A stretch of 63,670 bases of DNA, counting the filler, from Stramenopiles sp. TOSAG23-2 (lineage: Eukaryota): assembly GCA_900128395.1 (NCBI GenBank). It is 22 parts of 22 records of this genome, joined end to end, with 100 filler letters (N's around TTAATTAATTAA, not from the genome) between each part and the next. Parts side by side here need not be neighbours in the genome. Positions count along the whole stretch, not along the records: positions 56,068 to 63,670 come from LT650297.1; 21 more parts are not named here. The stretch is one strand, 5' to 3'. How positions within the stretch are numbered: the first letter of the stretch is position 1; every line of letters begins with the position of its first letter. Made by a program: the position numbers and the translations under genes. Of the stretch, positions 60,181-63,670 are shown piece after piece. The notes below the pieces were generated by a model, which worked only from the letters and a program-made list of their open reading frames with translations, searched no databases and was not told the origin of the DNA.

Positions 60181-61833
60181 ATGGGTAGAAAGAAAAGCGA
60201 TACACTGAAGCAAAAGAGGAAGCAAAATAAGAATAAATCTGGATCTAGCAGTAGTTTACCGCATTTATCCCTACCAACAGGAACCAATGCACCAAGACTA
60301 GAACCGAAATTGTTTCAAAATTATAAAAATGGTGAAAAGAAGAAGCCAAGGAAAAAAAAGAAGGGCGGGCCAAAGTTTTCAGATCAATTAGGGGTAAAAG
60401 TCAGTTGGTCAACTTGGCAATGGCGTCAAGGACAAGAAAAATTTCATAAAGAAACAATATCTAGAGCAAAGTCATATGTAGGTAGGCAAATTAGAGAACA
60501 TCAACATAATTTAGAAAAATTAAATAGTATATTTGACCCGCAGAAAATGAAAGATTTACAACGCGCGTTTAAGCAAAAGATGATAGATAGGGACAATTTA
60601 GGAATGCTAAAGCGATTGTCAATGATAGCAACTGAAAAAACGTTTATAACGAAAACAAATGATCCATATGAAAGGCGATATATAAATAAATTAAGACGCG
60701 ATAAAGCTAGAATGATACAAAATACAAAACAATATGAGCTTAATATGATGAACTTTGATAATCAATTAATGTTAAAGAGATTGAGAAAAACTAGGACAAG
60801 CTTACAATCTAGAAAAGGCTTGAAAAAGGATTATAAACGGTCGCGTGTTATGAGAAAGGCTATGTCCAAAGTGTTCGATCCAAAATTCCAAAAGGAAGCA
60901 TTAATTGAACGAGGTTTATACAATCCAGTCGTACGCAATACGCCTATAAAAAAAAAGAAGAAGAGACACAAACGACGAAATGCAAATTCATTATACGAAA
61001 CACCACCGGTTTTCCCACCGAAAGAAACATATGTTAATAAACAAAATCAATATTTTGATGACATGGGTAATGCTGTGAACCCAACAAATTTTGCTGAAAT
61101 CAATGGACCTAATCCATTTACACCCGATAGTCAAATTGGATATTCTCTTAATCCAATTACACCAGATAGTCAAATGCTTGACGGTGGTTATTTAATGAAT
61201 AGCGTTGTAACACCAACAGATGAAAATCAGTTTGCTATGGCCGGGGCAAGAACGCCTGATATATCTCAATTACATAACCAGCCAATGATGTATGATCAAA
61301 ATGGACCTTTAACACCTGACAGTCGCACTGCTGGCATGACACCACCCTTAATTGGAATGACACCACCATATTCTGCAAATAATAGCGTTGTTGGAAAACC
61401 ACCTTTAGCACCATTAAGTCGAGGTTCAGTTGCCACAACACCACTTTCCATTGGTGATGCAAGTATGCCAAAATCTGCTGCATCTTCAGCATTTACAAAT
61501 AGTGGTTTAGCAGAGCCTAAAAATTTGCTTATGAAACAGCGTGGTATGAGAATAGCAGAAGTAGGAGTGCTAGTAAGTGCATATAGAGGACCAAAAGAAG
61601 CATTAATATACGAAGTAACGGATCCAGCATCAGGTGTTATTACATATTATGACATTCCACCTAATGTAATATATGAAATTGGCCAAGAATTCCCAGCATT
61701 ATTGGAAACACAACAGGGTGGAAGAATAGCAAAATTAGCAACATTGTTGGATATTAAACATTATTTTAACAATCCAAAAAATATTACTGCAAAAATGTAT
61801 TGGTGGCATAAGCAACAACATCCAGGGCAGTAG
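60181..61833 (+). CDS. CFAP97/Hemingway-domain protein (putative flagellar) with TPD/TPP repeats
   Basis: Two I/F.R/D.N..MLKRL units (IDRDNLGMLKRL, NFDNQLMLKRL) preceded by FHKETISRAKSYV. TPDSQ repeats and a C-terminal beta-rich module. Confidence 0.7.
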   Translation: MGRKKSDTLKQKRKQNKNKSGSSSSLPHLSLPTGTNAPRLEPKLFQNYKNGEKKKPRKKKKGGPKFSDQLGVKVSWSTWQWRQGQEKFHKETISRAKSYVGRQIREHQHNLEKLNSIFDPQKMKDLQRAFKQKMIDRDNLGMLKRLSMIATEKTFITKTNDPYERRYINKLRRDKARMIQNTKQYELNMMNFDNQLMLKRLRKTRTSLQSRKGLKKDYKRSRVMRKAMSKVFDPKFQKEALIERGLYNPVVRNTPIKKKKKRHKRRNANSLYETPPVFPPKETYVNKQNQYFDDMGNAVNPTNFAEINGPNPFTPDSQIGYSLNPITPDSQMLDGGYLMNSVVTPTDENQFAMAGARTPDISQLHNQPMMYDQNGPLTPDSRTAGMTPPLIGMTPPYSANNSVVGKPPLAPLSRGSVATTPLSIGDASMPKSAASSAFTNSGLAEPKNLLMKQRGMRIAEVGVLVSAYRGPKEALIYEVTDPASGVITYYDIPPNVIYEIGQEFPALLETQQGGRIAKLATLLDIKHYFNNPKNITAKMYWWHKQQHPGQ

Positions 61834-62031
61834 TGTCAATAATAGTGTATGTGTGTATTTAGTAATGTGGCATTATCTTATACGAGTAGTGTACTAGAGA
61901 CAATCCAAAAAATATTACTGCAAAAATGTATTGGTGGCATAAGCAACAACATCCAGGGCAGTAGTGTCAATAATAGTGTATGTGTGTATTTAGTAATGTG
62001 GCATTATCTTATACGAGTAGTGTACTAGAGA
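61770..62031. repeat. 131-bp tandem duplication spanning the stop codon
   Basis: CAATCCAAAAAATATTAC...ACTAGAGA starts at 61770 and 61901. Confidence 0.93.
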
Positions 62032-62113
62032 GAGCATTTAAAATATCATCTAGATGTACATTTCATATATATATATTAAATAATTTAAAAATATAAAAAT
62101 GTACGAGACGTCC

Positions 62114-62214
62114 ACTTTACTATAGAATATTATTCTCTTGAGATTGAGTATTTGAGCATATTACTTAGCACGGGAAGTAAAGATTATTATAACTACTTAG
62201 ATTTTAACCATCAT
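62114..62214. repeat. Dispersed element copy (core at 62195-62214) between convergent genes
   Basis: CTTTACTATAG...GATTGAGTATTTGAGCATATTACTTAGCACGGGAAGT...ACTTAGATTTTAACCATCAT. Confidence 0.85.
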
Positions 62215-62335
62215 ATTATTTTACAAAAGTTAGAGTATCTTATGCATATATAAACTTATGCATCATACTCGTATCATATTTTAGATAAAAATTACGACTA
62301 TGCATTACGCCTTTATCTCATCATAACATACATCA

Positions 62336-63520
62336 TCACCGTTCAAAAATTGTACTCTCATCTAAATATTGATTTAAATTATTAAGTGATCGTTGAAATG
62401 CATCACTAAATAGTAAGTGTGCAATGTGCTTTGGTGATGTTTCTAGTTGCACACTATTTTTATTCTTCTTGTTATTATTACTTTTGTTATTATTACTTTT
62501 ATTATTATTCTTTGTTTGTTTTCTATTTTTTTTTTGTGATGGAATAATTGGCACTAAACCATTTTCAACAATTATTTGTCTAGCATCTTTTAATGCACCA
62601 GCTAATTCGTTGATCGTATTTTCCAATCGTATTATTTGATCTTTCATTTTGTTATTATTACTTTTATTATTATTCTTTGTTTGTTTTCTATTTTTTTTTT
62701 GTGATGGAATAATTGGCACTAAACCATTTTCAACAATTATTTGTCTAGCATCTTTTAATGCACCAGCTAATTCGTTGATCGTATTTTCCAATCGTATTAT
62801 TTGATCTTTCATTTCTTTACATCGTCTTTCTTCATTTAATACAGCTCGCGCAGCAACTTCTAATTTTATTTTCATATGTCTTTCCATTTGAATACTATCT
62901 TTATATCTTTTTTCTAAATTTCTATTTTTTATTATAGCGCTATCGAGTCTCAATTTTCGATCTTCCATATGTTGTGCATATTCATTATTTTCTCTTTCTA
63001 TATTTTTCAATGCCATAAAAGCTGGTACTCGTTTCCATCTGGTAAACGAATCATCGTTAGTGAAATATTCTGCTGTACAAGCTCTCTTAACTTCATTAAA
63101 ACAAATTTTAAACAATGCCATAGCCTTATCATCTTTTTTCATAAAATAGGAAAGGTTATTTAAACAATCTAATATATTCTCCAATCGTTCTGGATGAGTA
63201 CTTGATTCTTTATCATTATTTTGCAATAATAGTGCTTCATAATACAAAAATTTAGATAAAAATTCATTGTCTGGTGCATTGATTTCAGTCGAATTGAGTT
63301 GATTCGTGATAATACCTTTATGATTTGGTGTAAAATATAATAATCGACTGTTTTGTTTTTTTGGACTAGGACTATAACTAATATTCGATTTAGGTTGTGT
63401 TGGTGTTTGTTTTCGAAAGTTATTTTTATTATTTTTACGAAAGGATGCTTTAACAGGTGATGTGCGAAGTGGGACTAATCTAGACTGCACACTCGTATTG
63501 ATCATAATGTTGGTAGACAT
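62336..63520 (-). CDS. Coiled-coil hypothetical protein (exact 165-bp in-frame duplication at 62482-62811)
   Basis: Long ORF with probable start MSTNIMIN; helical domain followed by coiled coil; a 55-aa block is repeated exactly. Confidence 0.72.
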   Translation of the reverse strand: MSTNIMINTSVQSRLVPLRTSPVKASFRKNNKNNFRKQTPTQPKSNISYSPSPKKQNSRLLYFTPNHKGIITNQLNSTEINAPDNEFLSKFLYYEALLLQNNDKESSTHPERLENILDCLNNLSYFMKKDDKAMALFKICFNEVKRACTAEYFTNDDSFTRWKRVPAFMALKNIERENNEYAQHMEDRKLRLDSAIIKNRNLEKRYKDSIQMERHMKIKLEVAARAVLNEERRCKEMKDQIIRLENTINELAGALKDARQIIVENGLVPIIPSQKKNRKQTKNNNKSNNNKMKDQIIRLENTINELAGALKDARQIIVENGLVPIIPSQKKNRKQTKNNNKSNNNKSNNNKKNKNSVQLETSPKHIAHLLFSDAFQRSLNNLNQYLDESTIFER

Positions 63521-63670
63521 TATGAATTGATGTATTGGTATAATGTATGCGATATTGTACAAACTAGACGATGATATAATGTTATTGTTCTTAATAATAT
63601 CAAAGTGATCTATACATAATAATATTACCAAAAAAAATAGACAACCAAAAGAAATAAAAACAAAAAAAAA

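Noticed and set aside
383-62639. Many hydrophobic poly-Leu/Val/Phe ORFs in the track (e.g. 383-673, 33768-34103, 52028-52537)
   Set aside because: They are antisense shadows of Asn/Thr/Lys-rich genes on the opposite strand.

Overview
This is AT-rich, intron-poor eukaryotic nuclear DNA with Asn-rich proteins and the standard genetic code. The domain repertoire (AP2, LRR-IQ-WW-B-box, CFAP97-like, ShKT) suggests a flagellated heterotrophic protist, possibly a stramenopile; that is an inference. The window is not one locus. It is 22 unrelated scaffolds (17 of about 1.38 kb, then 5 of about 7.6 kb) joined by artificial 100-nt spacers (N44-TTAATTAATTAA-N44), so gene neighbourhood is meaningless across spacers. 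Inverted junctions and 60-165 bp tandem duplications point to an amplified single-cell (MDA-type) assembly. Recognisable genes are NAGK, a CDKN3-like pseudophosphatase, OSGEP/Kae1, METTL5, ataxin-3, ATAD5/Elg1, Mis12, two TLC proteins, WD40, GAF and RING proteins, a pectin acetylesterase/Notum-like esterase, a U1-type zinc-finger protein, an LRR-IQ-WW-B-box protein and a CFAP97-domain protein. The best leads are: (1) a giant chromatin protein combining DDT, bromo, PHD, Tudor, PWWP and WHIM1 modules with AP2 and tandem E2F-type DNA-binding domains, Zn knuckles and FYRN; (2) a 22-bp hairpin repeated every ~300 bp with unique spacers, ending in a piggyBac-like AAGG|TTAA; (3) an identical 20-bp motif just downstream of genes on four scaffolds, probably the terminal repeat of a ~190-bp MITE; (4) two genes whose halves lie on opposite strands; (5) ATAD5 carrying EF-hand, IPT/TIG and PDZ-like modules; (6) a type I membrane protein with a lumenal ubiquitin-like domain and ShKT. 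All family calls come from motif recognition by eye; no database searches were run.
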